Origin: Mobula birostris
Lineage: Eukaryota
DNA: 64,000 bases
Reading direction: 5' to 3'
Assembly (NCBI RefSeq): GCF_030028105.1
Contig: NC_092376.1
Coordinates: 163,710,212 to 163,774,211 of the forward strand
In this document: piece by piece, positions 10,402 to 21,809 of the stretch
How positions within the stretch are numbered: the stretch's first letter is position 1
How the letters are laid out: each line of letters starts with the position of its first letter
The notes under the pieces: generated by a model
Told to the model about the DNA's origin: nothing
The model's database searches: none
Seen by the model: the letters and a program-made list of their open reading frames with translations, nothing else
Translations under genes and position numbers: made by a program

Positions 10402-13400
10402 ATGGAACAGGCCCTGAGACCAGAAAAATTAGACCTCAATCCGCAAACACCTGAAGCTGGAAGCGCTTTCGAATTCTGGCTGGCCTGCTTCAAAGCGTAT
10501 CTAGAGGAGATTAAAGCGACCGACCCCGTAGCGAAGCGCAGAGTTCTACTCTCCAGAGTCAGTCCACGGGTCTATTCGCTGATCAGAGACCAGCCGAACT
10601 ATGACGGCGCAATTGACACACTCAAAAGGCAATACCTGCGGCCGATAAACAGCGTCTATGCTCGGCATCGCTTAGCGACACGGCAACAACGGTCCGGGGA
10701 ATCGAGTGCTGAGTTCGTCCAGGCCCTACGGACACTCGTGCCAGCCTGCAATTGCCAGGAGCTGACGGCGGCGCAGCATGCAGAACTCCTAGTGAGAGAC
10801 GCCTTCGTTACGGGGACCAGGTCAGTGTACGTGCGCCAGCAGCTGCTGGAAAAAGTCGATCTTACCCTAAGTTCGACGATCGAGCTGGCCGACACACTGG
10901 AGGCTGCTCTGCATAACTCCGAGGCCCTCCAGGCACGCGATCCCCCGATGGCCTTGCGGGTGCCGCAGACCCCACAACCCGCCGGCGAATCAACCTCGGC
11001 TGCCTCCAGTCGTGAGTCCGCGAAGTGCTACTTCTGCGGACTGGAGAAGCACCCTCGGAAATGCTGCCCAGCCGGACAAGCTACCTGTTCCAGCTGCAGA
11101 AAGAAGGGCCACTTCACCAAGGTCTGTAAGTCAAAACTGCGAGCGGGATCGAGCAGCGCCGCGTGCGAGTCGTGGGGGTCGCCATCTTCCCTGCACACGG
11201 CCACCACGTGCGAGACATGAGGGCCGCCATCTTGCTTGCCGCCATCTTCCCTGCACGCCGCCACCACGTGCGAGACATGGGGGCCGCCATCTTGCTTGCC
11301 GCCATCTTCCCTGCACGCCGCCACCACGTGCGAGACATGGGAGCGGCCAGCTTGGTCGGCGCCACCTCCCACCGCCTACGACCAACAGGTGCTCACGGGG
11401 CACCCCACCACGCCGGACCAAGACAGCGACCCCAGCCTGGCTTCCGTGACCCTCAACCAAAGCACTCCCCACCAGCTCGCAAGGTCAATGATGGACATCC
11501 TGGTGGAGGGGCACAGGACAAGCTGCCTGTTTGACACAGGCAGCACGGAGAGTTTTATCCACCCGGCCACGGTGCAGCATTGTGGACTCATTATACGGCC
11601 GGTAAGTCGGAGGGTCACCACGGCCTCCAGGTCGCATACAACAGACATCCGGGGGGGTTGTGTAGCGACACTAGTGGTGCAGGGCACAGAATATCGGGAC
11701 TTTACGTTACTGGTCTTGCCTCAACTGTGTGCCCCTGTGCTGTTGGGGTTGGACTTCCAGAGCCACCTGAAAAACGTGACAATGAAGTATGATGGGCCCC
11801 TCCCACCAATTACTGCCATAAATCCCCTGTTTCGTGGAGATATGTCACGTACCCCGCTACTGACCACCCACACACACCGACCCGCGCATCCCACCCAACA
11901 TCATGCCAACTACCACACTATTGACACCACTTGCGGCCTCTCCACCCTCAGGATCCCTCCCCCACCGCTGTTTGCCAACCTGACCCCCGACTGTAAACCT
12001 GTTGCAACTAAAAGCAGGAGGTACAGCGCGGGGGACAGAGCTTTCATTAAGTCGGAGGTGCAGCGGCTGCTCAGGGAGGGGGTCATTGAGGCAAGCACAA
12101 GTTCTTGGAGGGCGCAGGTGGTGGTTGTTCGGAACGGGGAAAAGAATAGGATGGTCGTGGACTATAGCCAGACCATCAATAGGTTCACGCAGCTCGACGC
12201 GTACCCTCTACCCCGCAACGCGGATATGGTCAATCAGATAGCACAGTACAAGGTGTACTCGACCATAGACCTAAAATCCGCTTACCATCAGCTCCCCATC
12301 CACTGGGAGGAACGCCCTTACACTGCCTTCGAGGCGGACGGCAGGCTTTATCAATTCCTGCACGTCCCCCTTGGCATCACGAATGGTGTATCTGTCTTCC
12401 AGAGGGCAATGGACCGGATGGTGGACAAATGCCAACTGAAGGCCACGTTCCCATATCTGGATAACATCACCATCTGCGGTCACGACCAGCAGGATCATGA
12501 CAACAACCTCCAAAAATTTCTCCAAGCGGCCAAATCTTTCAACCTTACCTATAACAAGGACAAGTGTGTATTTGGGACCACCCGACTTGCTATCCTTGGG
12601 TGTGTCGTGGAGAATGGAGTCATTGGCCCTGACGCCGACCATATGTGCCCCTTGTTGGAACTCCCTCTTCCCAACACCCTCAGAGCCCTCAAAAGGTGCC
12701 TGGGCTTCTTTTCATATTATGCCCAATGAGTCTCTAACTATGCAGACAAGGCCCGCCCCCTGGTCAAGTCCACCACATTCCCCCTCTCTGCCGAGGCCCA
12801 CGCGGCCTTCAACCGCATAAAAGGGGACATTGCCAAAGCAGCAACGCATGCGGAGGATGAGGCCAGTCCCTTCCAAGTAGAGAGTGACGCCTCCGACTTT
12901 GCGCTGGCTGCTACCCTCAACCAGGCAGGAAGACCAGTGGCGTTCTTCTCCCGTACCCTTCAAGGCCCTGAAATTCGGCACTCTGCGGTAGAGAAAGCGG
13001 CCCAGGCCATAGTGGAAGCTATAAGGCACTGGAGGCACTATCTTGCCGGCAAAAGGTTCACCCTGCTAACTGACCAGCGCTCAGTCGCATTCATGTTTAA
13101 TAATCAGCAGCAGAGCAAAATCAAAAATGATAAAATTCTGAGGTGGAGAATCGAACTCCCCACCTACAACTATGACATCATGTACAGGCCTGGGAAGCTC
13201 AACAAGCCCTCCGATGCCCTATCCCGGGGAACATGCGCCAGCGCGCAGATCGACCGGCTATACGCCCTACATGTAGACCTTTGCCACCCGAGAGTCACCC
13301 AGCTTTTCCACTTCGTGAAAGCTCAGAACCTGCCTTACTCCCTTGAGGAGATCACGATGATGATCAGGGGCTGCCAAGTCTGCGCAGAGTGCAAACCACA

Positions 13401-14397
13401 CCTCTACCGACCCGAAAAGGCACCACTCCTCAAGGCCACCCGCCCCTTTGAGCGACTGAGTGTTGACTTTAAGGGCCCCCTTCCCTCCACCGACGGCAAT
13501 GTGTACTTTCTTAACGTAATTGACGAGTACTCGTGGTTCCCCTTCGCCATCCCCTGCCCCGACACCACTACCACGTCAGTTATAAAAGCCCTGCGCAAGC
13601 TCTTCACTCTGCTCGGATACCCATGCTATATCCACAGTGACAGAGGGTCCTCGTTTATGAGTGACGAGCTGCACCAATATCTACTGGCTAGGGGAATTGC
13701 AACCAGTAGGACCACGAGCTATAATCCCCGGGGGAGTGGACAGGTGGAAAAGGAGAATGCCATGGTGTGGAAGGCCACACTCTTAGCCCTCAGGTCAAAG
13801 GGACTGCTGGTCTCTCGCTGTCAGGAGGTCCTTCCCGAGGCACTCCACTCCATCCGCTCCCTGTTATGCACAGCTACCAATGCCACCCCTCATGAGCGGC
13901 TCTTTTCTTTTCCCAGAAAATCGACCACTGGAACCACCCTACCATCTTGGCTGACGTCCCCGGGGCCAGTGCTGCTCCGGAAACATGCGAGGAGCAATAA
14001 ATACTCCCCAATAGTCGAGAGGGTTCACTTACTTCATGCGAATCCTCAGTATGCCTACGTGGTTTTACCTGATGGGCGGGAGGACACGGTCTCCATCCGC
14101 GACCTGGCACCCGCAGGATCTCCGGGCCCCTACCCTGAACACTCCGTGGTGACTATTGACCCTGTACCCACCAATGTATGTATCTACGAGACACCGTGCA
14201 CCCCAAACCCTATACAGATACCACACGACACTCCCATACTGGGCGCGACGCACACGCACGAGGGATTACCGACGCCTAACGTGCTAGCACCTGAAGTCAG
14301 GCCGGAGCCAGCACAACTGCCATCGCCGGTGCAATCACCGCTGGTGCTACGTAGATCACAGCGACGGACTCGACCGCCTGATAGACTTAACCTGTAA
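10402..14397 (+). pseudogene. Gag-Pol polyprotein, single frame with two premature TGA codons (11218, 12727)
   Basis: ORFs 10402, 11236 and 12937 share one frame. Motifs: two CCHC knuckles, protease LFDTGS, RT IDLKSAYHQL and YLDN, RNase H ESDAS, integrase HHCC plus SVDFKGP, HSDRGS and GQVEKEN. Confidence 0.95.
11179..11340 (+). repeat. 60-bp in-frame tandem repeat (about 2.7 copies) between Gag and protease
   Basis: Unit gccgccatcttccctgcacgccgccaccacgtgcgagacatgggggccgccatcttgctt, encoding PPSSLHAATTCETWGPPSCL. Confidence 0.95.
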
Positions 14398-14448
14398 ATA
14401 TGCTTCTTGTAAATATTGTCAGTCACTTCACCCCGCGGGACTCTTTTT

Positions 14449-14467
14449 AAAAAAAAGGAGGGGTGAA
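14449..14467 (+). other. Polypurine tract
   Basis: aaaaaaaaggaggggtgaa lies immediately 5' of the 3' LTR. Confidence 0.85.
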
Positions 14468-14696
14468 TGTGGTAAACCATGTTTATATGTTGTAACTCGG
14501 TTACCTGTCTGGACACACCCCTCTGCTGACTGCCCCTGTGGCTCCTCCCACAGAGTCCTGTATAAAGGTGTCGCCTTGCCCCTCCCCCTCAGTCCGGGGG
14601 CAGACACTCACTGTGGTGGTCGTATTGTACAGCGATTAAAAGCCTTTCAGTATTTTTACCAAACCTCAGTCTTTTGGAGTAATTGAAGGTGCTTCA
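14468..14696 (+). repeat. 3' LTR (229 bp)
   Basis: Direct repeat of 10146-10375, with TATAAA at 14561 and an ATTAAA poly(A) variant at 14635. Confidence 0.97.
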
Positions 14697-15156
14697 GGCC
14701 GGATGCTTTTAAGGGTTCACTCTCCTGAAGGCTGCTCACACGTTGGCCTCAGGTGCTGAAATCGCAGGATTGGCAGGGGCTGTGTGAGTTTATTATGGTT
14801 CCTCCCATGTACAGACATTACGGAGCTTAGTGTCATTTTTGGGTGTAAAATCAATTTACGTAACATGCTATCTTATGCATTTATAAATATTTTGTTTTTT
14901 AAATGATTCTTGTGTCTATTATCTCATTGAGTTTTTTATGAGCTGCATCAAATCGAGAGTAACAAATATGTCATCTCCTTTATACTTGCATACTTGAAAT
15001 GACATTAAACAATCTTGATCTTGAAATACAAGTCAGATGGCTAAATATTCACTCACTGTGAAGACTGTCCAAATGAGGAGGCAAAAATGGGAAGAAGATG
15101 AGAGGAGATAGGAAAGAAGTAAAATTAGATGAGGAATCTTTGCTAGACTATTTTCA

Positions 15157-16025
15157 GTGGGGTCAGTGTTGGGACCACTTCTTTTTATGCTGTATATAAA
15201 TGATTTAGATGATGGAATCGATGACTTTGTTGCCAAGTTTGAAGATAATACAAAGATTGTTGGAGGGACAGGTAGGGTTAAGGAAACAGGTAGGATGCAG
15301 AAAAACTTAGACAGATTAGGAGAATGGGCAACAAAGTGGCAAATGAAATACAATGTTGGAAAATGCATGGTAATGCACTTTGGTAGAAGAAATAAATGTG
15401 CGGACTATTTTCTATATGTGGAGAAAATCCAGGATGTAATGCTGAGGCTTTATAAAGCACTGGTGAGGCCTCACCTTGAGTATTGTGAACAGTTTTGAGC
15501 CCCTCATCTTAGAAAAGATTGGAGAAGATCCAGAGGAGGTTCACAAGGATGATTCCAGGAATAAAAAGGTTATCATACGAGGAACGGTTAATGGTTCTGG
15601 GTCTGTACTTGCTGGAATTCAGATGGATGAGGGGGGATCTCATTGAAACCTTTCGAATGTTGAAAGGCCTAGACAGAGTAGGTGTGGAAAGGATGTTTCC
15701 CATGGTGGGAGTGTCCAGGAGAAGAGGGCACAGCCTCGGGATAGAGGGGCGCCCTTTTAAAACAAAGATGCAGGGAAATTTCTTTAGCCAAAGGGTGGTG
15801 AATTTGTGGAATTTGTTGCCACATGTAGCTGTGGAGGCCTGGTCACTGGGTGTATTTAAGGCAGAGATTGATAGGTTCTTGATTAGACATGGGATCAAAA
15901 GTTACTGGGAGAAAGCCAGGAACTGGGGTTGAGGAGGAGAAAAAAAAAGATCAGCCACGATCGAATGGCAGAGCAGACTCGATGGGCCTGGTGGCCTAAT
16001 TCTGCTCCTATGTCTTAGGGTCTTA
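15157..16025 (+). mobile_element. CR1 LINE 3' fragment with internal deletions
   Basis: GSVLGPLLFMLYINDLD, RPHLEYC, RGDLIETFR, FFSQRVVNLWN and a CR1-type 3' UTR. Confidence 0.92.
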
Positions 16026-16232
16026 TAAAGTCCAGCAGCATTCTGTCACTCATGATGTATCAGCTAATGGAAATCAAGACAAGAAGGATATCAAATAGGA
16101 AAAGTATAGCTTTTGTGAAAAAATGTATTTCAAATAGCACTTTATCTTTTAAAAGCCATTTTGTCGACATCGTTACGCTGCAAACAGCATACACTAATAT
16201 ATCCTGCAGCCCTTTTTTTAATGGAAGTTACC

Positions 16233-16548
16233 TAGTAAAGGTATCCGTTAGTCTTGCGAGACCATGGATCTGCGCCTGGAAAGTCTTCACTCTCCAGGGC
16301 GCAGGCCTGGGCAAGGTTGTAAGGAAGACCAGCAGTTGCCCATGCTGCAGGTCTCCCCTCTCCACAACACCGATGTTGTCCAAGGGAAGGGCATTAGGAT
16401 CCATACAGCTTGGCACCAGTGTCGTCACAGAGCAATGTGTGATTAAGTGCCTTGCTCAAGGACACAACACGTTGCCTCGGCTGGGGCTCGAACTCACAAC
16501 CTTCAGGTCGCTAGTCCAATGCCTTAACCACTTGGCCACATGCCCACA
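16233..16548 (-). mobile_element. tRNA-derived SINE, full length
   Basis: Minus strand has an A box (TGGCCAAGTGG) and a B box (GAGTTCGAGCC). 9-bp TSD gaagttacc at 16224-16232 and 16549-16557. Confidence 0.85.
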
Positions 16549-16854
16549 GAAGTTACCCACTTGAACACAATAAATGTGTTAAATTGCAATTACATTATTT
16601 TGTGAATGATGCTTATCATTAATTAAGGAAACTGTAATCACAAAGTAACATATTTACTTGGACCCGTATCCTGTATTTGAAAAGATGCCCAGTAAATCAG
16701 GAAAAAAGTTTTGATTCATTGTGTACTGTACATGAGAGTAGTGTGAATGATTCCCATGAATGACGGGTTTTCATCACAAAACTTGCATGCACCTTGTGAT
16801 CCATCTCCTATAGAAAAGTGACTGAGGACATGGGAGGGAATGATGATATACCAT

Positions 16855-17268
16855 ATACCAATTGCCCATCATTGAGAACATCTACCATAAACGCTGCCTG
16901 GGCGGGGCAAAAAGCATTATCAAGGATGCATCTCACCCTAACTATGGACTTTTTTCTCTCCTCCCATCCGGTAGGTGCTACAGGAGTCTCCACTCCCGCA
17001 CCAGCAGGCACAGGAAGAGCTTCTTCCCTGAGGCTGTGACCCTGCTGAACCTCACATCACAGCGCTAAGCAGTATTGCACCCATATTGTACTGTCTCAGT
17101 ACTTTTATATTTGTGTGCTGTAGCACTTACTTTTTATTCGCAATTATTTTGTAAATAACACTATTCTTTGCATTTCTGGTTAGATGCTAACTGGATTCTA
17201 TTGGCTTTGTATCTGTACTCGGCACAATGACAATAAATTTGAATCTAATCTAATCTAATCTAATCTAA
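16855..17268 (+). mobile_element. Rex1/Babar-like LINE 3' end
   Basis: IIKDASHPNYGLFSLLPSGRCYRSLHSRTSRHRKSFFPEAVTLLN*, then AATAAA and an (aatct)n tail. Confidence 0.85.
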
Positions 17269-17354
17269 TATTCTTCTACATCTCCAGGTAAATTTTTCTA
17301 AATGAAAATGTATCTTTTTCAAGAAGATTTTAGAGATCTGGTGTTGCATAATGT

Positions 17355-17670
17355 CAGAACCAAAATCAGGTTTATTATCATCTGTCATTAAATTTGTTAT
17401 TTTGCGACAGCAAAATGCAATACATAAAAATTTCTATAAGTTAGAATAAAAAATATTTTAAATGAATAAGTAGCACAAAAAGAGAGTGAAATAATGAGGT
17501 AGTTTTCATGGATTTGTAAACCGTTCAAAGATCTGATGGTGGACGGGAACAACCTATTCCTAAAACATTGAGTATGCATCTTCAGGATTCGGTACATCCT
17601 CCGTGATGGTATCATTGAGAAGAGAATGTGTCCTTAATGGTGAGGGTCCCTAACGATGGATGCCTCCATA
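17355..17670 (-). mobile_element. Rex1/Babar-like LINE 3' end, older
   Basis: ORF 17397-17615 reads PSRRMYRILKMHTQCFRNRLFPSTIRSLN. Confidence 0.65.
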
Positions 17671-17674
17671 GAGG

Positions 17675-17800
17675 GACACAAGAGACTTCAGATGCTGGAA
17701 TCTGAATCAATAAAAAAACATACTGGAGGAACTCATTTGTCAGGCAGCATCTATGGATATTTATGGTTAAGACCTTTCATCTGGACTGAAAAATAGAGGG
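17675..17800 (-). mobile_element. Short degenerate Penelope-derived element
   Basis: cagatgctggaa...ggaggaactca...caggcagcatctatgg...gacctttcatctggact, the same family as 34125-34630. Confidence 0.6.
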
Positions 17801-19284
17801 GAGATTGAAGTGTCTTCTCCACAGTTTATTTGAGCCATATATACACCTAGATTCCACAATTCAGATGTTATCATGTGAAGTTTCAAGGATTTATCTGGCA
17901 TGCTTCTTAATTTCCAGTCCAACCTGAGAAAAGATGTGATGAAAGTAGAGAATGTATTCTTATTGATTTGAAAGTTTTGATAAAGAAAGGCTATAAAGGT
18001 TTGATATAGAACCTATCAGAGTTTAATATCAAATTACAGAAACATTGCAACATTAGATGTGATATCTAGCATTTGTAAGTAGGAGATGGAACAATCACAT
18101 TTAGTCCAAACTGATGAGTATTGACCAGTTAGCTTACTCTGCCGATGTTTTCTAACCTGATGGATATTTCCAGCCTCATCTATTTTCCAGTATCTGCTGG
18201 GTTTTTTTTGATTTATGATTCCAACATATGCCATACAGACAATTTGAATACAGTAGTAAGAAGGATTATCCAAATTAATAATGGGGAGAAATGAAACATG
18301 AAAATGTTTCTCATCATTTGATGAATCTCCCTCAATCAACATCTCACTCTGCCCCCTGCATGAGGCTTCCTCGCATTTTACTCAAGAATGTTTTGCATCC
18401 CCTTGATTTTAATTCCTCTTGAGCTATTGTGAGCTTCTGCATATAAAACATGACACGTTTTTTTTCCCCTTGAGTAAAAAGAAAGAAATGAAGAAAAAAA
18501 TTCTCTCTTTCTCCCTGACGATCGTCAAAAAAAAAAGTAATGAATCCAAGTGAAACTGATTTGGTACAAAAAAAAATGAAAAGAAAATGCATTTTTTTAA
18601 AAAACTGATTAATTTAGGTCAAAACCAATTTCATTCAGTCAGTAGAAGTGAAAACAGACAGTAGCTGCCAGAGCTCCCAGAATGTATGCTGCAACAAGAT
18701 TAAGCAGGCTGTCTTTCAATAAGAAAGTGCCTGCCTCTGACTAATGCTTTGAAGATGATGAATGATGAAAAAGCTGAGGGATTACTTACCAAATCTATCT
18801 GGCTTAAAATGGCATCTGAAATGAATGTAAATAAAGTTAGATTTAGATTTTTTTCCTTCTCCAAGTAACAGTTTTCTACATAAGTCTTAAGGTCAATTGT
18901 ATTCACAGATGAACATGCTCCACGATATCTTTTATAAATCTGACTTCCCAATGGGGGAAAAATAACCTTCTTGCATAGTTCAGATGGTTTCATCATATCG
19001 TTCGGTTAGTGATAAGTTGTCACATGTTTGACAGATTCTGATTTCCGGGGATCCATCTTGCATTGGTTGCATTACGACAGAGAAAACTGCAACTCCAAAT
19101 TTCATCGCTGACCTGCAGGGGTATCCCAAAAGATATATAAATTGTGACTCATTCCTGTCACCGAAGTCCAGGGAAATTCTGCATCATACTTAAAACAAAT
19201 AATTGCACATTATTGTCACAAGTTGAATATGTTATTATTTAATTATACTCCACACAAAATGGCAGGTAAAAGCTAGTATCATTG

Positions 19285-19660
19285 AATTGTAGAAATATAC
19301 AGAGCAGAAACAGGTCTTTCTGGTTCACTTAACCCATGTTGACTATGATGCCTGTCTATGTTAATCTCACTTGCGTGCATTAGATTTGTATCCCACTGGA
19401 TCGTCCCTATCTAAATACCTGTCAAAATGCCTACTTCCCTCTTCCATCTCCTCTGAAGAGTTTCCTCAACCTCTGTGTGAAAAGTTGATCTCAGATCTGT
19501 TTTGAATTTCTTCTGTCACTTTAAAAGTGAGGCCTCAGGTTCCAGACATCTATGTCCCTCATAATTTGATAAGCCTCTGTAAAGGCACCCCTCAGCCTTC
19601 TCTGTTTCAGAAAGAATAAATCAAGCTTATCCAACCTCTCCTTACAAATAAAACTTTCAA
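19285..19660 (-). mobile_element. Old CR1 3' fragment
   Basis: cacccctcagccttctctgtttcagaaagaataaatcaagcttatccaacctctcc, the antisense of ERLDKLxLFxLxxRRLRG. Confidence 0.6.
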
Positions 19661-19663
19661 CCT

Positions 19664-20210
19664 TACACTCAGTGACCACCACTTTATTAGGTATCTCCTG
19701 CCCCTAATAAAGAGGCCGTTGAGTATATGTTTGTGATCTGCTGCTGTAGCTGATCCATTTCAAAGTTTGACGTGTTGTGCTTTCTTCTACGCACCACTGT
19801 TGAATTGTTTGGTTATTTGAGGTACTGTTGCCTTGTTGCCAGCTTGAGTCAGTCTGGCCATTCTCCTCTGACCTCTCTCATAAAGAAGGCATTTTCACCC
19901 ATAGAACTGTCGCTCACTGGATTTTATTTTTTTCTAATCGCACCATCCTCTGTAAACTCTAGGAATGGTTGTGTGTAAAAACCCCAGGAGATCAGTAGTT
20001 TCCAAGGTACTCAAACCATCCTATCTGGCAGCAACAATTATTCTACAGTCAAACTCATTTTGATCACATTTCTTCCCATTCTGGTGTTCGGTCTGAGCAA
20101 CAACTGAACCCCCTGACCGTGTCTGCATGTTTTTCTGCATTGAGGTGTTGCCGCATGATTGGCAGATTAGTTGTAGAGGTGTACTTAATAAAGTAATCAC
20201 TAACTGTATA
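19664..20210 (-). mobile_element. Non-autonomous Tc1-like transposon (same family as 3235-3793)
   Basis: TA|CACTCAGTGACCAC..CTTTATTAGGTA TIR and a shared internal sequence (tctggccattctcctctgacctctc). Confidence 0.8.
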
Positions 20211-20381
20211 TACTACTGCATACAGTATTTTTACATGATCAGTATCTTTTATTTTATTTTCTGTTGTTTCTCATGTTACTAGGTTCAATTTTCTTCCTGA
20301 ACTTATTACTTCCAATAAACTACCACTATCAAAAGAGGTAAAGTACTTTTTTTCTTGAAAATCCAAATAATGCATTCTTTC

Positions 20382-20573
20382 GCAAACACGAGGAATTCTG
20401 CAGATGCTGGAAATTCAAGCAACACACATCAAAGTTGCTGGTGAATGCAGCAGGCCAGGCAGCATCTCTAGGAAGAGTCCTGGCGAAGGGTCTCAGCCTG
20501 AACGTCGACCGTACCTCTTCCTAGAGATGCTGCCTGGCCTGCTGCGTTCACCAGCAATTTTGATGTGCGTTGC
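20382..20573. mobile_element. Fold-back mini Penelope derivative
   Basis: Inverted arms of about 60 bp of pseudo-LTR sequence surround a degenerate hammerhead. Perfect 14-bp TSD taatgcattctttc at 20368-20381 and 20574-20587. Confidence 0.85.
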
Positions 20574-20739
20574 TAATGCATTCTTTCACCTCTTTTAGGA
20601 TAAAGATTGATTGAATATAATATATAAAAACTCAATAAGTAAAAAATATTTTGATGTTGTAATTCATTATTTCCTGGAGAAACTGTCCAAGGCCTATTCT
20701 CCTTAGCCCTTCCCTCCAAACGACACAGGGTAGGTTGAC

Positions 20740-20965
20740 TTCTTATCCCTCCAGAGAGTGGAGGGTATATGGAATAAGCTGCCAGAAGAAATGGTAGAGG
20801 TGGGTAGAATTACAATGCTTAAAAGTCATTTGCACAGATACATGGATAGATGAGGTTTAGAGGAATATGGGCAGAATGCAGGCAAATAAGACTGGTTCAC
20901 ATGGACAACTTGGTTGGCATAGAAGAAATGGGTCAATGGACTCTTTCAGTGCTATCTCTTTCTAT
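20740..20965 (+). mobile_element. Old CR1 3' fragment
   Basis: cagagagtggagggtatatggaataagctgccagaagaaatggtagagg (QRVxxxWNxLPEE). Confidence 0.65.
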
Positions 20966-21309
20966 GATGGATGGATGCACTAAAGAAAGACTATTAATTC
21001 TAGAGGTGATGTCTGCACTATAGTAATTATAATGAAGTGAAATTTAAGATAAAGATTTTGCATGCCACAGTCCTAAGCAGACACTGGATTGCATAGAGGG
21101 TGAGAGAGTTCAAGTGGAGCAGCCATTGTGTGAGTGGGCCAGTGTTGGAGTGGGGAGCTGAGGATCTGGCTTATCAAGGCTTCAGTGAGGAGAGGTGTAG
21201 ACCATAGATAGGTTATTACCCATTATTTATTATTTATTTATTTCTTTTTGTGCATTTAGAGCAGTGAGGATGCTGAGGAGGATACTGAAATGTGCTGACA
21301 ATGGAAAAG

Positions 21310-21800
21310 TTTCAGAGCAGGTTCATGAAAATGGTTCCAGGAATGAAAGTCTTATTGTATGAGGAATGATTGATGGCTCTGGGCTCTATAGTTGCAGGGG
21401 GATGAAATTTAGAGGAATGAGGGGGTGAGGATCTCATTGAAACCTTTCGAATGTTGAAATGCCTAGATAGAATGGATGTGGAGAGGATCTTTCCTGTGGT
21501 GAGGAAGTCTAGAACAAAAGGCACAGCCTCAGAATAGAGTGACCCCCATTTAGAATAGAGATTATGAGGAATTTCTTTAGCTAGATGGTGGTGAATCTGC
21601 AGAATTCGTTAACACATGAGGCTGTGGAGGCCAGGTCATTGGGTGCATTTAAGACATAGGTTGATAGGTTTTTGATGAGTCAGGGTGTGAAAGGTTACAT
21701 GAAAAAGGCAAGAAAAATAGATCAGCCATGATGAAATGGCAGAGCAGTTTCAATGGACCGAATGGCATAATTCTGCCCCTACATCTTACGGTCTTATGGT
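21310..21800 (+). mobile_element. CR1 3' fragment
   Basis: Similar to 15520-16020. Confidence 0.85.
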
Positions 21801-21809
21801 CTGGCAGAC

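Larger units (their letters stand above)
10146..14696 (+). mobile_element. Full-length Ty3/Gypsy LTR retrotransposon
   Basis: Two TG...CA LTRs, 5-bp TSD GGCCG (10141-10145, 14697-14701), domain order gag-PR-RT-RH-IN, polypurine tract before the 3' LTR. Confidence 0.98.

Noticed and set aside
11163-11345. CRISPR-like array
   Set aside because: There are no unique spacers and no cas genes, and the context is a eukaryotic retroelement.
11012-11534. Several repetitive ORFs on both strands
   Set aside because: They are alternative frames of the GC-rich 60-bp repeat inside gag-pol.
11218-12729. Programmed read-through or deaminase editing at the two TGA codons
   Set aside because: Neighbouring repeat units have TGG, so mutation is the simpler explanation, and two GG-to-AG events are too few to infer editing.
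16470-16548. tRNA gene
   Set aside because: The A and B boxes belong to a SINE head with a body and TSD; there is no full cloverleaf.
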